From the NCBI GenBank assembly GCA_038321865.1, contig JBBQFH010000023.1, positions 1 through 50,768 on the forward strand: DNA of 50,768 nucleotides. The letters run 5' to 3'. Under the pieces are notes generated by a model, which had not been told where the DNA came from, searched no databases, and was given only the letters and a program-made list of their open reading frames with translations. The DNA comes from Gemmatimonadales bacterium. GTDB taxonomy: Bacteria > Gemmatimonadota > Gemmatimonadetes > Gemmatimonadales > GWC2-71-9. Made by a program: the position numbers and the translations under genes. This document shows, piece by piece, positions 8,783-18,534 of the stretch (its first letter is position 1; each line of letters opens with the position of its first letter).

Positions 8783-10366
8783 CTGATCGCCGTGCGCGCC
8801 GCCCGACGCGTGCTCCAGCTGGGCGTGCTCGCCTGCGTGCTCGCGTCCCTCCCGTCCCCGCTGTTCGATCTCGATCGCCATCAGGTGCCCAAGGAGCTGG
8901 TCCTGCACGTCGCTGCCGGCCTGGCAGCGATCCTCGCGCTCCGCCACAGCCGGCGGCTCTCCCTGTCACTGGTTGATCTGCTCCTGCTGGCCTACCTCGG
9001 CCTGTCGCTGCTTGCCGCCGGCGGGGCCACGAACCATTGGCTGGCGATCCGCGCGCTCGGCGTCACACTCTCGGGTGCCGCCGTGTTCTGGACCAGCCGC
9101 GCCATCAGCCGCGCCGGGCTCGGCCGCCCGCTGCTGGCCGCCGTCGCCGGCGCGGCCGTGATCGGGGCCATCACCGGGCTGCTGCAGGCGTACGGGGTCG
9201 ATCTTCCGCTGACCGCCACGACGAGAGCGCCCGGCGGCACCTTCGGCAACCGCAACTTCATGGCGCACGTCGTCGCGATCGCGCTGCCTGCGCTGGTGCT
9301 GCTGACGGTCGAAACCCGGTCGCGCGGCCGAGCCGTGCTCGGGGCGGCCGGCCTCGCGCTCGCGGCGGCGGCGCTCCTGCTCTCACGCTCCCGCGCCGCC
9401 TGGCTCGGCGCCGCCGTCTCCAGTGTGTTCTTTCTGGTCGAGGGACTCTGGGTCGGCGGCCTGGGCTCCGACCGGCGGTACCGGACACGGATCGCCGGTC
9501 TCGCCGGCGCCGCCGCGGTGGGGGTCGCACTGGCACTGACGCTTCCCAATCGGCTGGACTGGCGCTCGGACTCGCCATACCTCGAGTCACTGGTGGGTGT
9601 GGCCAACTTCCAGGGCGGGAGCGGCCGTGGCCGCCTGATCCAGTACCGGAACACCTTCCGCATGGCCGACGACCACGCCCTGCTCGGCGTGGGCCCGGGG
9701 AACTGGCCCGTCGCCTATCCGCGCTACACCACCCCCGGCGATCCGGCGTACGATCCCGGCGATATCATGCCTACCAATCCCTGGCCCAGCAGTGACTGGG
9801 TGGCCGTCGCGTCGGAGCGCGGGTTGCCGGCGCTGCTGATGCTGTTCTCGCTCGCGGGCGTGATGATGTTCGTGGGATGGCGGCGGGCCCGGCGGCAACT
9901 CCGCACCAGCGACGCGCTGGCGGGACTCACTTTGGTGTCGACGATACTGGCCATCGCCGTGGTAGGATCGTTCGATGCCGTGCTGCTGCTGGCGGCGCCC
10001 ACCATGTGCGGCTGGGCTCTGCTTGGGGTCCTGCTGCCGCCGCAGCGGGAACTCCTGGGGGTGGCGCTCACCGACGGTCGTCGCAGGGGGCTGGCGGTCA
10101 CGGTGGCGGCGGCTGCGCTGCTGTTCGCCTTCCGAAGCCTCAGCCAGGCGGGGGGAATCCTGATCGCCGGCTCGGGCCGGAGCGCGCGATCAGTCACCTG
10201 GGCCGCCCGCATCGACCCCGGAAGCTACCGGCTGCAGATGCTCCTGACCGGCACCTGTGCGCGGGTGCGGGTGCACGCCGCTGCCGCGCACGGGCTCTTT
10301 CCGAATCACGACGCGCCGATCCGCCTGCTCCGCTCCTGCGGCATCCGGGTTCGGCGCGGGGAGTAG
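8783..10366 (+). CDS. O-antigen ligase/Wzy_C-like polytopic membrane protein; start uncertain (CTG 8783, GTG 8792 or ATG 8684)
   Basis: Many hydrophobic helices, GTFGNRNF, SRSRAAWLG, R...Y and LLGVGPGNW motifs. This is the C-terminal part of the 6788..10366 ORF. Confidence 0.75.
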   Translation: MIAVRAARRVLQLGVLACVLASLPSPLFDLDRHQVPKELVLHVAAGLAAILALRHSRRLSLSLVDLLLLAYLGLSLLAAGGATNHWLAIRALGVTLSGAAVFWTSRAISRAGLGRPLLAAVAGAAVIGAITGLLQAYGVDLPLTATTRAPGGTFGNRNFMAHVVAIALPALVLLTVETRSRGRAVLGAAGLALAAAALLLSRSRAAWLGAAVSSVFFLVEGLWVGGLGSDRRYRTRIAGLAGAAAVGVALALTLPNRLDWRSDSPYLESLVGVANFQGGSGRGRLIQYRNTFRMADDHALLGVGPGNWPVAYPRYTTPGDPAYDPGDIMPTNPWPSSDWVAVASERGLPALLMLFSLAGVMMFVGWRRARRQLRTSDALAGLTLVSTILAIAVVGSFDAVLLLAAPTMCGWALLGVLLPPQRELLGVALTDGRRRGLAVTVAAAALLFAFRSLSQAGGILIAGSGRSARSVTWAARIDPGSYRLQMLLTGTCARVRVHAAAAHGLFPNHDAPIRLLRSCGIRVRRGE

Positions 10367-10390
10367 CGCTCGCGCGTGACCACGGAGCCG

Positions 10391-10750
10391 TCAGCCGTTG
10401 GGATGGGCGGGACCGGAGCTTCCGGGATTGGGACGGTCGTCAGGATGATCGCCGTTCTGCAGCTCGCCCCCGACCATCGGCTCGGCGTTGTACTGCGCCG
10501 GGGTCCCGTACTGACGCTGGTTGCCGTACTGGGTCGCGGCGCTGTAGTTGCTGAGGCCGGAGGCGAGTGCCGGCTCATCCGACCGCGCAGGCGCGACCGG
10601 CGTCTGGCCGGAATCCGCATGTCGGACCGCGGGATCGCTCGGCCCGCTGGCGTCAACCCGCGGCTCGGTTCCCTGGCCCAGTCGCTGGCCGGTGCCGGTG
10701 CCGGTGGTGGTGGTGGATTCGGGGTTGGACTGGATCTGTTCGTCGCTCAT
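10391..10750 (-). CDS. Small hydrophilic, probably disordered hypothetical protein
   Basis: GGAG SD upstream of ATG (MSDEQIQ). Fills the gap between convergent genes and is co-oriented with sseA. Confidence 0.55.
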   Translation of the reverse strand: MSDEQIQSNPESTTTTGTGTGQRLGQGTEPRVDASGPSDPAVRHADSGQTPVAPARSDEPALASGLSNYSAATQYGNQRQYGTPAQYNAEPMVGGELQNGDHPDDRPNPGSSGPAHPNG

Positions 10751-10819
10751 CGTAGCGCTCCAGAGGGCAGATAGAACACACATCATCGCCCCCGCGGCGG
10801 CCGCGGGCGATGACGTGCA

Positions 10820-11686
10820 TCACCCTGATCGCGGCCGGGCGGGACCGGTCTCGACCGGGAGGTCGGCGCGTGCCCCCCATTCGGTCCAGGAGCCGTCGTA
10901 AACCGCGGCATCAGGATGGCCCGCGACTTCGAGCGCGAGCACCACCGCGCACGCCGTCACGCCGGAGCCGCAGGTGGCGACGACGGGCCGGGCGAGATCC
11001 ACCCCGGCATCGGCGAATCGGCGCAGCAGCTCCGCCCGCGGCAGCATCAGTCCGTCGGGATCGACGAGGGAGGTGAAGGGAACGTTCCGGCTGTGTGGGA
11101 TGTGGCCGCCGCGGAGCCCGGGCCGCGGTTCCGGTTCGCTCCCGTCGAAGCGTCCCGCCGACCGGGCGTCAATGATCTGCGATGCACCGCTCTCGCTCAC
11201 CCGGGCGACGGCCGCTGCGTCCCAGACGCGGCTGTCGTCCGGCCGCGTCGTGAAGGCGCCCTGGCGGATGACCGGCGGGCCGGCCTCGATCGGACGCCCT
11301 TCGCTCGCCCAGCGGCGGAACCCGCCATCGAGCACCGCGACATGCCGGTGGCCAAAAGTGCGAAACATCCACCAGGCGCGCGGAGCACTGAGGTTGGTGC
11401 CGGACCGATCGTAGATGATGAGATCGTCGTCATCGGTGAGACCGAGCGCCGTCATGGCGTCGGCGAACCGCTCCGGCGACGGAAGCATGTGCGGGAGCGG
11501 TGTATCCGGGTCGCTGGCCGCGTCGAGGTCGAAGCGGATTGCGCCGGGAATGTGACCGGCGGCAAACTCCGCCGCGGCGTCGCGTCCCGATGCCGGGAGA
11601 TACCAGGAGGCGTCCACCGGCCGCACCCGTGGCTCGGCCAGCCGATCGGCGAGCCACGCCGTGGACACGACCGGCGGAAACGCCAT
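10820..11686 (-). CDS. sseA: 3-mercaptopyruvate/thiosulfate sulfurtransferase (double rhodanese)
   Basis: VVSTAWL, GHIPGA, PHMLPS, LDGG, active-site CGSGVTA and YDGSWTEW. ATG overlaps the serC stop (TGATG). Confidence 0.92.
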   Translation of the reverse strand: MAFPPVVSTAWLADRLAEPRVRPVDASWYLPASGRDAAAEFAAGHIPGAIRFDLDAASDPDTPLPHMLPSPERFADAMTALGLTDDDDLIIYDRSGTNLSAPRAWWMFRTFGHRHVAVLDGGFRRWASEGRPIEAGPPVIRQGAFTTRPDDSRVWDAAAVARVSESGASQIIDARSAGRFDGSEPEPRPGLRGGHIPHSRNVPFTSLVDPDGLMLPRAELLRRFADAGVDLARPVVATCGSGVTACAVVLALEVAGHPDAAVYDGSWTEWGARADLPVETGPARPRSG

Positions 11687-12789
11687 CACCCCACGGCGGC
11701 GGCCCTGTTGGCCCGCTCGAATTCCTTCATGAATCTCACCAGCGCGTCGCAGCCGGCCTTGGGAAAGGCGTTGTAGATGCTGGCGCGCATGCCGCCGGCC
11801 GAGCGGTGGCCCTTGAGGCCTTCGAATCCTGCCTTGGTGGCTTCGGTGATGAATCTGCCCTCGAGCTCCTCGGTCGGCGCCCGGAAACAGACGTTTATGA
11901 GCGAGCGGCTTCCCACCTCGGCGGTGACGCGGAAGAAATCGCTCGCATCGAGATAGTCGTACAGCACCTTGGCCTTTGCCGCGTTCCGCTCGGCCATGCC
12001 GGACAGGCCCCCCTGCTCCTTGATCCACTCGAAGACGAGCCACATCACATAAATGCCGAAGGTCGGCGGCGTGTTGTAAAGTGAGCGCTCCTTCACATGG
12101 GTCCGGTACTGGAGCATCGTCGGCAGATCCCTGGGCCCCGCCTCCGCGAGGTCGTCACGAATGATGACCAGGACTACGCCGGACGGGCCCAGGTTCTTCT
12201 GCGCACCCGCGTAGATGAGACCGTACTTCGACACGTCGATGGGCCGGCTGTACATGTCGCTCGACGTGTCGGCGATGAGCGGCACCCCGGCGGGCGGCAC
12301 CGGCTCCCGCGTCCACTGGGTGCCGTAGATCGTGTTGTTGGTGGTGAAGTGTACGTACCTGGGGGCAGGCGAATACCGGATCGAGTCGGCCGGCGGGATG
12401 TAACTGAAATGCCGGTCCTGACTGCTGGCGGCCTGGTGCACCGTGCCGAACAGCTTCGCCTCCTTGACCGCCTTCTCCGCCCAGACGCCGGTGACGAGAT
12501 AGTCGGCGGTCGCGTCTTTCGGGAGCAGGTTCATCGGCACCATGGAGAACTGAAGCGACGCCCCGCCCTGCAGGAAGAGCACCCGATAGTTGTCGGGAAT
12601 GCCCGCGAGGTCCCGGCAGGCCTGCTCCGCCTCCAGCACGATCCGGTCGAACACCTTGCCCCGGTGGCTGTGCTCCATGATGCCGATGCCGCTGCCGGCG
12701 ACATTCCACAGGTCCAGCTGTGCCTGCTTGAGCACCGATTCCGGCAGCACGCCGGGGCCGGCGCCGAGATTGAAGATGCGGTCACTCAT
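11686..12789 (-). CDS. serC: Phosphoserine aminotransferase
   Basis: [35 protein letters not shown] (PLP Lys), YNTPP and [15 protein letters not shown]. Confidence 0.96.
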   Translation of the reverse strand: MSDRIFNLGAGPGVLPESVLKQAQLDLWNVAGSGIGIMEHSHRGKVFDRIVLEAEQACRDLAGIPDNYRVLFLQGGASLQFSMVPMNLLPKDATADYLVTGVWAEKAVKEAKLFGTVHQAASSQDRHFSYIPPADSIRYSPAPRYVHFTTNNTIYGTQWTREPVPPAGVPLIADTSSDMYSRPIDVSKYGLIYAGAQKNLGPSGVVLVIIRDDLAEAGPRDLPTMLQYRTHVKERSLYNTPPTFGIYVMWLVFEWIKEQGGLSGMAERNAAKAKVLYDYLDASDFFRVTAEVGSRSLINVCFRAPTEELEGRFITEATKAGFEGLKGHRSAGGMRASIYNAFPKAGCDALVRFMKEFERANRAAAVG

Positions 12790-12793
12790 GGGG

Positions 12794-14014
12794 TCAGGCC
12801 TTCCTTCCGTCCAGCGCGGTCAGATCCACGCTGATGATGTGCGGGTTCCCTCCGCGGATCGCTTCGATCGCCGCGGCGTCCGGCAGACTGTCGAGATGGA
12901 CACGGGCCAGGGTGGCCTGGGCACCGTGATAAATGATGTTTTCGACCTCTTCCACATTGATTCCGCGATCGGCGAGCACGCGAAAGACGTGCGCCAGCAC
13001 CCCGGGCCGGTTCTGGTGCCGGACGGACAGCACGTGCGTCGCCGTGCTCTTGGCCAGCCGGTTGACGCAGTTGGGCACTTCACCCGTCTCCTTGAACGCG
13101 CCGACGATGCGCAGCACTTCGTGGGCGATCGCGACCTGCGCCTGCTCGGTGGACGCGCCCACGTGGTGCGTCCCGTAGACCCCCGGCTCCTTGACGATGG
13201 CGGAAGTGAACTCGCCGCGGGCCCCGGCCGGCTCGTGCTCGAATACGTCCAGCCCGGCCCGGATCCCGCGCTCGCGCACGGCACGTGTCAGCGCCGCCTC
13301 GTCCACGACGGACCCCCGCGACGTGTTGATGAGGTACGATCCCGGCCGCATTGCCGCCAGGAATTCATCGTTCACCAGATGCCGGGTCTCGCTGGTGGCC
13401 GCGACGTTGATGGAGACGGCGTCACTCATCCGGGCTACCTCGATCGGCGTCTGACAATACTCGGCGCCGAGCCGATCGGCCTCCTCGATGGTGAGGTTCC
13501 GCGACCAGGCGGCGATCCGCATGCCGAACGACTGCGCCCGCCGGGCGATCTCCCGGCCGATCTGCCCCAGTCCGACGATGCCGAGGGTGCGGCCGTAGAG
13601 ACCGCGCGCCCGGGCGTACTCGCCCTTGCTCCACTGGCCCGCCCGGAGGTCGGCGACCTGATCGGGGATGCGCCGGTCGCAGGCGAGCAGGAGCCCCATC
13701 ACCAGCTCCGCCACCGCGAGCGAGTTCTTGCCCGGACAGTTGGAGACGAAAACGCCCCGGGCGGACGCGGCGACGACGTCGATGGTATCGATGCCCGCTC
13801 CGGCGCGGATCACGAGCCCGAGGCTGGCCCCCGCCGTGAGCGCCGCCTGGTTCACCTTGGTGCTCCGGACGATGAGAATCGCGGGGTCCACCTCGCGGAG
13901 CGCTTCGGGAAGCTTCTCCGCGCTGAGATCAGGCTGCAGTGAGACCGTGCAGCCCAGCTCCTTGAGCCCGTCCACGCCCACCTTTTCAAACTTGTCGGCG
14001 ATCAGCACCTTCAT
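12794..14014 (-). CDS. serA: D-3-phosphoglycerate dehydrogenase with C-terminal ACT domain
   Basis: [40 protein letters not shown] and ACT-like HQNRPGVLA. Adjacent to serC. Confidence 0.88.
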   Translation of the reverse strand: MKVLIADKFEKVGVDGLKELGCTVSLQPDLSAEKLPEALREVDPAILIVRSTKVNQAALTAGASLGLVIRAGAGIDTIDVVAASARGVFVSNCPGKNSLAVAELVMGLLLACDRRIPDQVADLRAGQWSKGEYARARGLYGRTLGIVGLGQIGREIARRAQSFGMRIAAWSRNLTIEEADRLGAEYCQTPIEVARMSDAVSINVAATSETRHLVNDEFLAAMRPGSYLINTSRGSVVDEAALTRAVRERGIRAGLDVFEHEPAGARGEFTSAIVKEPGVYGTHHVGASTEQAQVAIAHEVLRIVGAFKETGEVPNCVNRLAKSTATHVLSVRHQNRPGVLAHVFRVLADRGINVEEVENIIYHGAQATLARVHLDSLPDAAAIEAIRGGNPHIISVDLTALDGRKA

Positions 14015-15252
14015 GCGGGCTCCGGCGAATCCAGGGTATGAACGAACAGGCCACTGCGCAGCTTCGGCTCGAACCAGGTGCTCTTCGGCGGCATGATCGC
14101 ACCCGCGTCCGACACCGACATCAGCTGGTCGAGGGTGGTGGGGAACAGCGAGACGGCCAGGGCCATTTCGCCCGAGTCCACGCGCCGCTCGAGCTCGGCG
14201 GTGCCGCGGATCCCGCCGACGAAGTCCACCCGCTGGTCGGTTCGCGGGTCGCCGATGCCGAGGATCGGCCCGAGGATCCGGTCGTGAAGGAGGCTCACAT
14301 CGAGCGACCCGATGGGATTCGACGCATCCACCGACCTGGCATCAAGCTCCAGCAGGTGCCACCGGCCGTCGAGGTAGATCGCGAACGATCCCGCCCGGGG
14401 CGGCACCGGATCCGCGGTCTCCCGCAGCGTGCCGAGCGCGCCCAGGCGCCCGAGCACCTCGGCAGGGGTCTGGCCGGAGAGGTCCCGGACCACACGGTTG
14501 TAGGGCAGGATGCGCAGCTGGTCGGCCGGAAAGAGCACGGCCAGGAACCAGTTGTATTCCTCGTTTCCGAAGTGATTCGAATTGAGCCCGCGCCGCTCGC
14601 GGCCCGCGCGCCAGGCGCTGGCCGAGCGGTGGTGCCCGTCGGCGACGTAGGCGACCGGAATGTTGCCGAACGCTTCGGTGACCGGGCGGGTGTCCCGTAC
14701 CCGCCAGACCGTGTGACGCACGCCATCGGATGCGGTGAAGTCGTAAAGCGGGGCCTCCTGGACCGCGCGTTCCACCAGCCGCGTCACGTCCGGCGTGCCG
14801 CGGTAGGTCAGAAACACCGGCTCGGCGTTCGCGTCCAGGGTGAGCACGTGGCGGGTCCGGTCGTCCTCCTTGTCCTTCCGCGTCTTCTCGTGCTTCCGAA
14901 TGACGTCGCGCTCGTAGTCGTCCACATGCACGCAGCCCACCACCCCCGTCTGCACCCGGCCATCCATTTCCTGGCGGTAGACATACAGCGACGGCTCGTC
15001 CTCCCGGAGGAGCGTACCCTCCGAAACCATGCGGTCGAGCGCCGCCCGGGCCGAGGCATAGACACGATCGTCGTGCGGGTCGGTATCGGCCGGCAGGTCG
15101 ATGTCCGAACGGCCCACGTGCAGGAAGCTGTGCGCATTGCCGGCCGCGAGCTGCGCGGCTTCCTCGCGGGTCACCACGTCATAGGGAACGGCAGCGACCT
15201 TGGCGGCGAGGGCGGGCGCGGGGCGGAGTGCCTTGAAGGGATGGAGACGCAT
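14011..15252 (-). CDS. DUF1015 family protein
   Basis: PYDV, HEKT, ADGHHRSA, ILPYNRVV and MPPKSTWFEPKLRSGL. Typical position next to serA/serC. Start ATG 15252 or GTG 15261. Confidence 0.9.
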   Translation of the reverse strand: MRLHPFKALRPAPALAAKVAAVPYDVVTREEAAQLAAGNAHSFLHVGRSDIDLPADTDPHDDRVYASARAALDRMVSEGTLLREDEPSLYVYRQEMDGRVQTGVVGCVHVDDYERDVIRKHEKTRKDKEDDRTRHVLTLDANAEPVFLTYRGTPDVTRLVERAVQEAPLYDFTASDGVRHTVWRVRDTRPVTEAFGNIPVAYVADGHHRSASAWRAGRERRGLNSNHFGNEEYNWFLAVLFPADQLRILPYNRVVRDLSGQTPAEVLGRLGALGTLRETADPVPPRAGSFAIYLDGRWHLLELDARSVDASNPIGSLDVSLLHDRILGPILGIGDPRTDQRVDFVGGIRGTAELERRVDSGEMALAVSLFPTTLDQLMSVSDAGAIMPPKSTWFEPKLRSGLFVHTLDSPEPA

Positions 15253-15315
15253 GTCGCTCACATCCTAACCGCGAGGCGCGGTCCGCCGCAAACCAGCGCG
15301 GCCGGTTAAGATCGA

Positions 15316-17256
15316 ATGATGTGCGAATGGCTCGTCACCAACGGTCTTGGCGGATACGCCTCGGGCACCATCGACGGCGTGACGACGCGGCGCTATCACG
15401 GTCTTCTGATCGCCGCGCTCGCCGAGCCGGAGGGCCGGACCGTGCTGCTCAACCGCCTCGACGAGCGGCTCCGGCTGCCGGACGGCACCAGCGCACGACT
15501 GACGGCAACCGAGACGGTCGCCGGCGGGATCGAGCCGCCTGAGCCGGGGTTGCAGCTGACGTTTCGGCTTGAGGCCGGCCTCCCCGTCTGGCGGTTCGAC
15601 ATCCGGAACACCGTGATCGAGAAACGCATCGTGATGCCGCACGAACGGAACGCCGCCTGCATCATGTACCGGCTCGTGAGCGGCGTCCCTCCGCTCGCGA
15701 TCGAGCTGGAACCCGGCGTGCACTTCCGATCCCACCACGGCGCCCTCGCCATGCCGGACGAGGCACGATACTCGGTTTCCGGTTCCGACCTCCGATACGT
15801 CGTGGCATGCGAAGGCCGCGGGCAGCAGCTCCATCTTGCTTTCGGCACGGCAGCGGCGCTGTCGGGCCGGGCGGGGTGGCTGCCAGAACTGGAGTATCGC
15901 GTCGAGGCGAGCCGCGGCTACGATCATCGAGGCGTCCTCTGGACGCCGGGGGCGTTCGTGCTGCCGTTCGGCCCGGATGGGATGGCGACGCTCGTGGCAT
16001 CGACGGAGCCGCCGGATGGGATTGAAGCCGCCCCGGTACTCGAGACCGAGCTGACCCGGCGCCGGCAGCTGGTCGCGGCGGCGCATCCGGCGGCACGCAC
16101 CGGTGTCGGCGCCCGGCTGGTGCTCGCCGCCGATCAATTCATCGTCGCACGGCCGGGCGGCAGCGGCCGGACGATCATCGCCGGCTACCCCTGGTTTACC
16201 GACTGGGGCCGGGACACGATGATCGCGCTCGACGGACTCACCCGGGCGACGGGGCGCAGCGCTGAAGCCCGGGAGATTCTCCAGGCCAGCGCCCGGCTGG
16301 TACGCGATGGCCTGATCCCGAATCTGGTTCCTGAAGGTGGGACCGACGGGCTGTACAACACGGCGGATGCGACGCTGTGGTTCTTTCACGCGATCGACCG
16401 CTACGTCCTTGCCAGCGGGGATCGGCCGCTGCTGCGCGAGCTGCTGCCGACCCTGTTCGACATCATCCGGCGGCACGTCGAAGGCACCCGGTTCGGTATC
16501 GGTGCGGACCCGGATGACGGCCTCCTCCGCCAGGGGGCGGCCGGCGTGCAGCTCACGTGGATGGATGCGAAGGTGGGCGACCGGGTCGTGACCCCGCGCC
16601 GGGGCAAGGCGGTGGAAATCAACGCGCTCTGGTACAACGCGCTCCGGCTGCTCCAGGGGTGGCTCCAGGACGAGCGCGGCAGCGCCGCTGCCGACCCGGT
16701 TTCCCGCCAGGCAGATCTGGCACGCGACTCGTTCAACCGGCGCTTCTGGTACGCTGATGGCCGCTACCTTTATGACGTGGTGGACGGGGAACAGGGCGAC
16801 GACGCGACCGTCCGGCCGAACCAGCTGCTGGCGATCTCGCTCCCGCATCCGATTCTCGATCGGTCCCGCTGGGAATCGGTGCTCGCCGCAGTGGGCGAGC
16901 GGCTGCTGACGCCCTTCGGCCTGCGCTCATTGGATCCGGCTCATCCGGAGTACCGCGGTCGGTGCGAAGGCGATCAGGCCGCCCGTGACGGGGCGTACCA
17001 CCAGGGCACTGCCTGGGCCTGGCTGCTGGGACCCTGGGCCGACGCCCACCTGGCCGCGCACCCGACGGACACCGAATCAGTCAGGGCCATGGCACTGGCG
17101 CTCTGCACCGCCCTGGATGGCTACGGGGTGGGCTCGATCGGCGAGATATTCGATGGAGATGCCCCCTTTGCGGCCCGGGGGTGCATATCGCAGGCGTGGA
17201 GTGTCGCCGAGGCGCTGCGTATCTGGGTGCGGACCAGTGCACCGGAGGCCTTGTGA
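15316..17256 (+). CDS. Glycogen debranching enzyme/amylo-alpha-1,6-glucosidase (GDE N- and C-terminal domains)
   Basis: EWLVTNGLGGYASGT, RRYHGLL, IAGYPWFTDWGRDTMI, YNTADATLW, LTWMDAK, RPNQL, AYHQGTAW and QAWSVAE. Confidence 0.92.
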   Translation: MMCEWLVTNGLGGYASGTIDGVTTRRYHGLLIAALAEPEGRTVLLNRLDERLRLPDGTSARLTATETVAGGIEPPEPGLQLTFRLEAGLPVWRFDIRNTVIEKRIVMPHERNAACIMYRLVSGVPPLAIELEPGVHFRSHHGALAMPDEARYSVSGSDLRYVVACEGRGQQLHLAFGTAAALSGRAGWLPELEYRVEASRGYDHRGVLWTPGAFVLPFGPDGMATLVASTEPPDGIEAAPVLETELTRRRQLVAAAHPAARTGVGARLVLAADQFIVARPGGSGRTIIAGYPWFTDWGRDTMIALDGLTRATGRSAEAREILQASARLVRDGLIPNLVPEGGTDGLYNTADATLWFFHAIDRYVLASGDRPLLRELLPTLFDIIRRHVEGTRFGIGADPDDGLLRQGAAGVQLTWMDAKVGDRVVTPRRGKAVEINALWYNALRLLQGWLQDERGSAAADPVSRQADLARDSFNRRFWYADGRYLYDVVDGEQGDDATVRPNQLLAISLPHPILDRSRWESVLAAVGERLLTPFGLRSLDPAHPEYRGRCEGDQAARDGAYHQGTAWAWLLGPWADAHLAAHPTDTESVRAMALALCTALDGYGVGSIGEIFDGDAPFAARGCISQAWSVAEALRIWVRTSAPEAL

Positions 17257-17371
17257 CCGGCATCCTGCGGGCGCCGGAGCGTCACATGCGAGTGGTTTGA
17301 GTATGATTACAGTGCGGTCATTGGCCGACAGGTGCTGTACGGCAGATCCGATTCAATCGTGAGGTGGTGAG

Positions 17372-17623
17372 ATGGACGAAATGAAGGAGGCGGTCCGGAT
17401 GACGCTGGAGTGCGACGGCGATGAGTACGAGATCACCCATGCGGCGGTAGCCGAGGGGCCGGCGGCGCAGGCCGTCCCGTGCTGGGTGGTTCGATCACGC
17501 GGTCACACGGTGGGAAGATTTCCGGTGACCGAGGGCCAGTCCGAGGCCCAGATCCGCGAAACGGCCTGCTACGTCATCCGCCACGGCTCGACCACGACGT
17601 TCCCCTGCCCGCCGGAGCGCTGA
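17372..17623 (+). CDS. Small hypothetical protein
   Basis: GAGGTGG SD before ATG. Fills an otherwise empty gap. No family recognised. Confidence 0.5.
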   Translation: MDEMKEAVRMTLECDGDEYEITHAAVAEGPAAQAVPCWVVRSRGHTVGRFPVTEGQSEAQIRETACYVIRHGSTTTFPCPPER

Positions 17624-17638
17624 GCGGCGGCAAGCGGG

Positions 17639-17983
17639 TCAGACTTCGGCCAGCCGGCGTTCCGGCCCGGGGTAAGTCAGGTCGTCGTGCTGGCGGCGGT
17701 CGTCGTGCCTGACCGAGGCGCCTACCGGCTCGGCCAGTGCCATCGGATCGAGGTTGGCCCCGTGCGACCGGAGAATGGACAGTGCCTCATCCAGCCGGTA
17801 GTCGCCCTCGACCGTGACCAGCGCGCCTCCGTCCTGGGTAGCGATCTCCACGCGATCGTCCCCAAAGCCGGCGTATCCAAGTGCGCGAATCGCCTGCTGC
17901 GCGCGTTCGCGGTCTGAAAAAAGGCCGACCACGGTGCGTCCAAACTGCTCGCCCTCAGCCGCTTCCTCTGTATCGTAGGTCAT
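17639..17983 (-). CDS. Small hypothetical protein with general-stress-protein-like N-terminal motif
   Basis: AGGAG SD. TVVGLF.DRE.AQ.AI..L..AGF pattern, GGALVTV, and C-terminal DRR...YPGPERR. Confidence 0.65.
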   Translation of the reverse strand: MTYDTEEAAEGEQFGRTVVGLFSDRERAQQAIRALGYAGFGDDRVEIATQDGGALVTVEGDYRLDEALSILRSHGANLDPMALAEPVGASVRHDDRRQHDDLTYPGPERRLAEV

Positions 17984-18111
17984 GTTGGCTCCTGCAATAG
18001 CGTGTCAGGGCCGCCGCGATGCGCGCAACCCGTCATTTGCCTGTGAATGGAGGCAAGCTACCGCCGGTTCGGGCGCCCGTTGGTGCTAGCGCTCACATAT
18101 TATTCTCCATT

Positions 18112-18534
18112 ATGCCCTCGCTCGAGTCGCTGATCCCCCGGTTCAAAGCAGCGGACCGCAACACCCGCCTGGAAACCCTGCTGGACTACGCCAGGAAGCT
18201 CCCGCCGCTCCCGGCGCGACTCGAGGCGGAAAAAGCGTCGGGCCGGAACCTGGTGCATGAATGTCAGACCCCTGTATACCTGTGGACCGAGGTGACCGAC
18301 GGGCTGGTGTACATCCACGCGGACGTGCCGCGGGAATCGCCGACGGTGCGCGGATTCATCTCCCTCCTGGCGCGCACGCTCGATGGGCAGCCGGCCGAGG
18401 CGGTGGCGCGCGTGCCCGACGATCTGCTCGATCAGCTCGGCCTCACCGAGACGCTGGGCATGACACGCACGCAGGGCCTGAGCGCCATTCTCAGCCGGAT
18501 CAAGCGCACCGTGGCGGCGGGGAGCGCATCGTGA
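18112..18534 (+). CDS. sufE: SufE family sulfur-acceptor protein
   Basis: LLDYARKLPPL, VHECQTPV (acceptor Cys), ESPTVRGF and LGMTRTQGL. Confidence 0.88.
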   Translation: MPSLESLIPRFKAADRNTRLETLLDYARKLPPLPARLEAEKASGRNLVHECQTPVYLWTEVTDGLVYIHADVPRESPTVRGFISLLARTLDGQPAEAVARVPDDLLDQLGLTETLGMTRTQGLSAILSRIKRTVAAGSAS

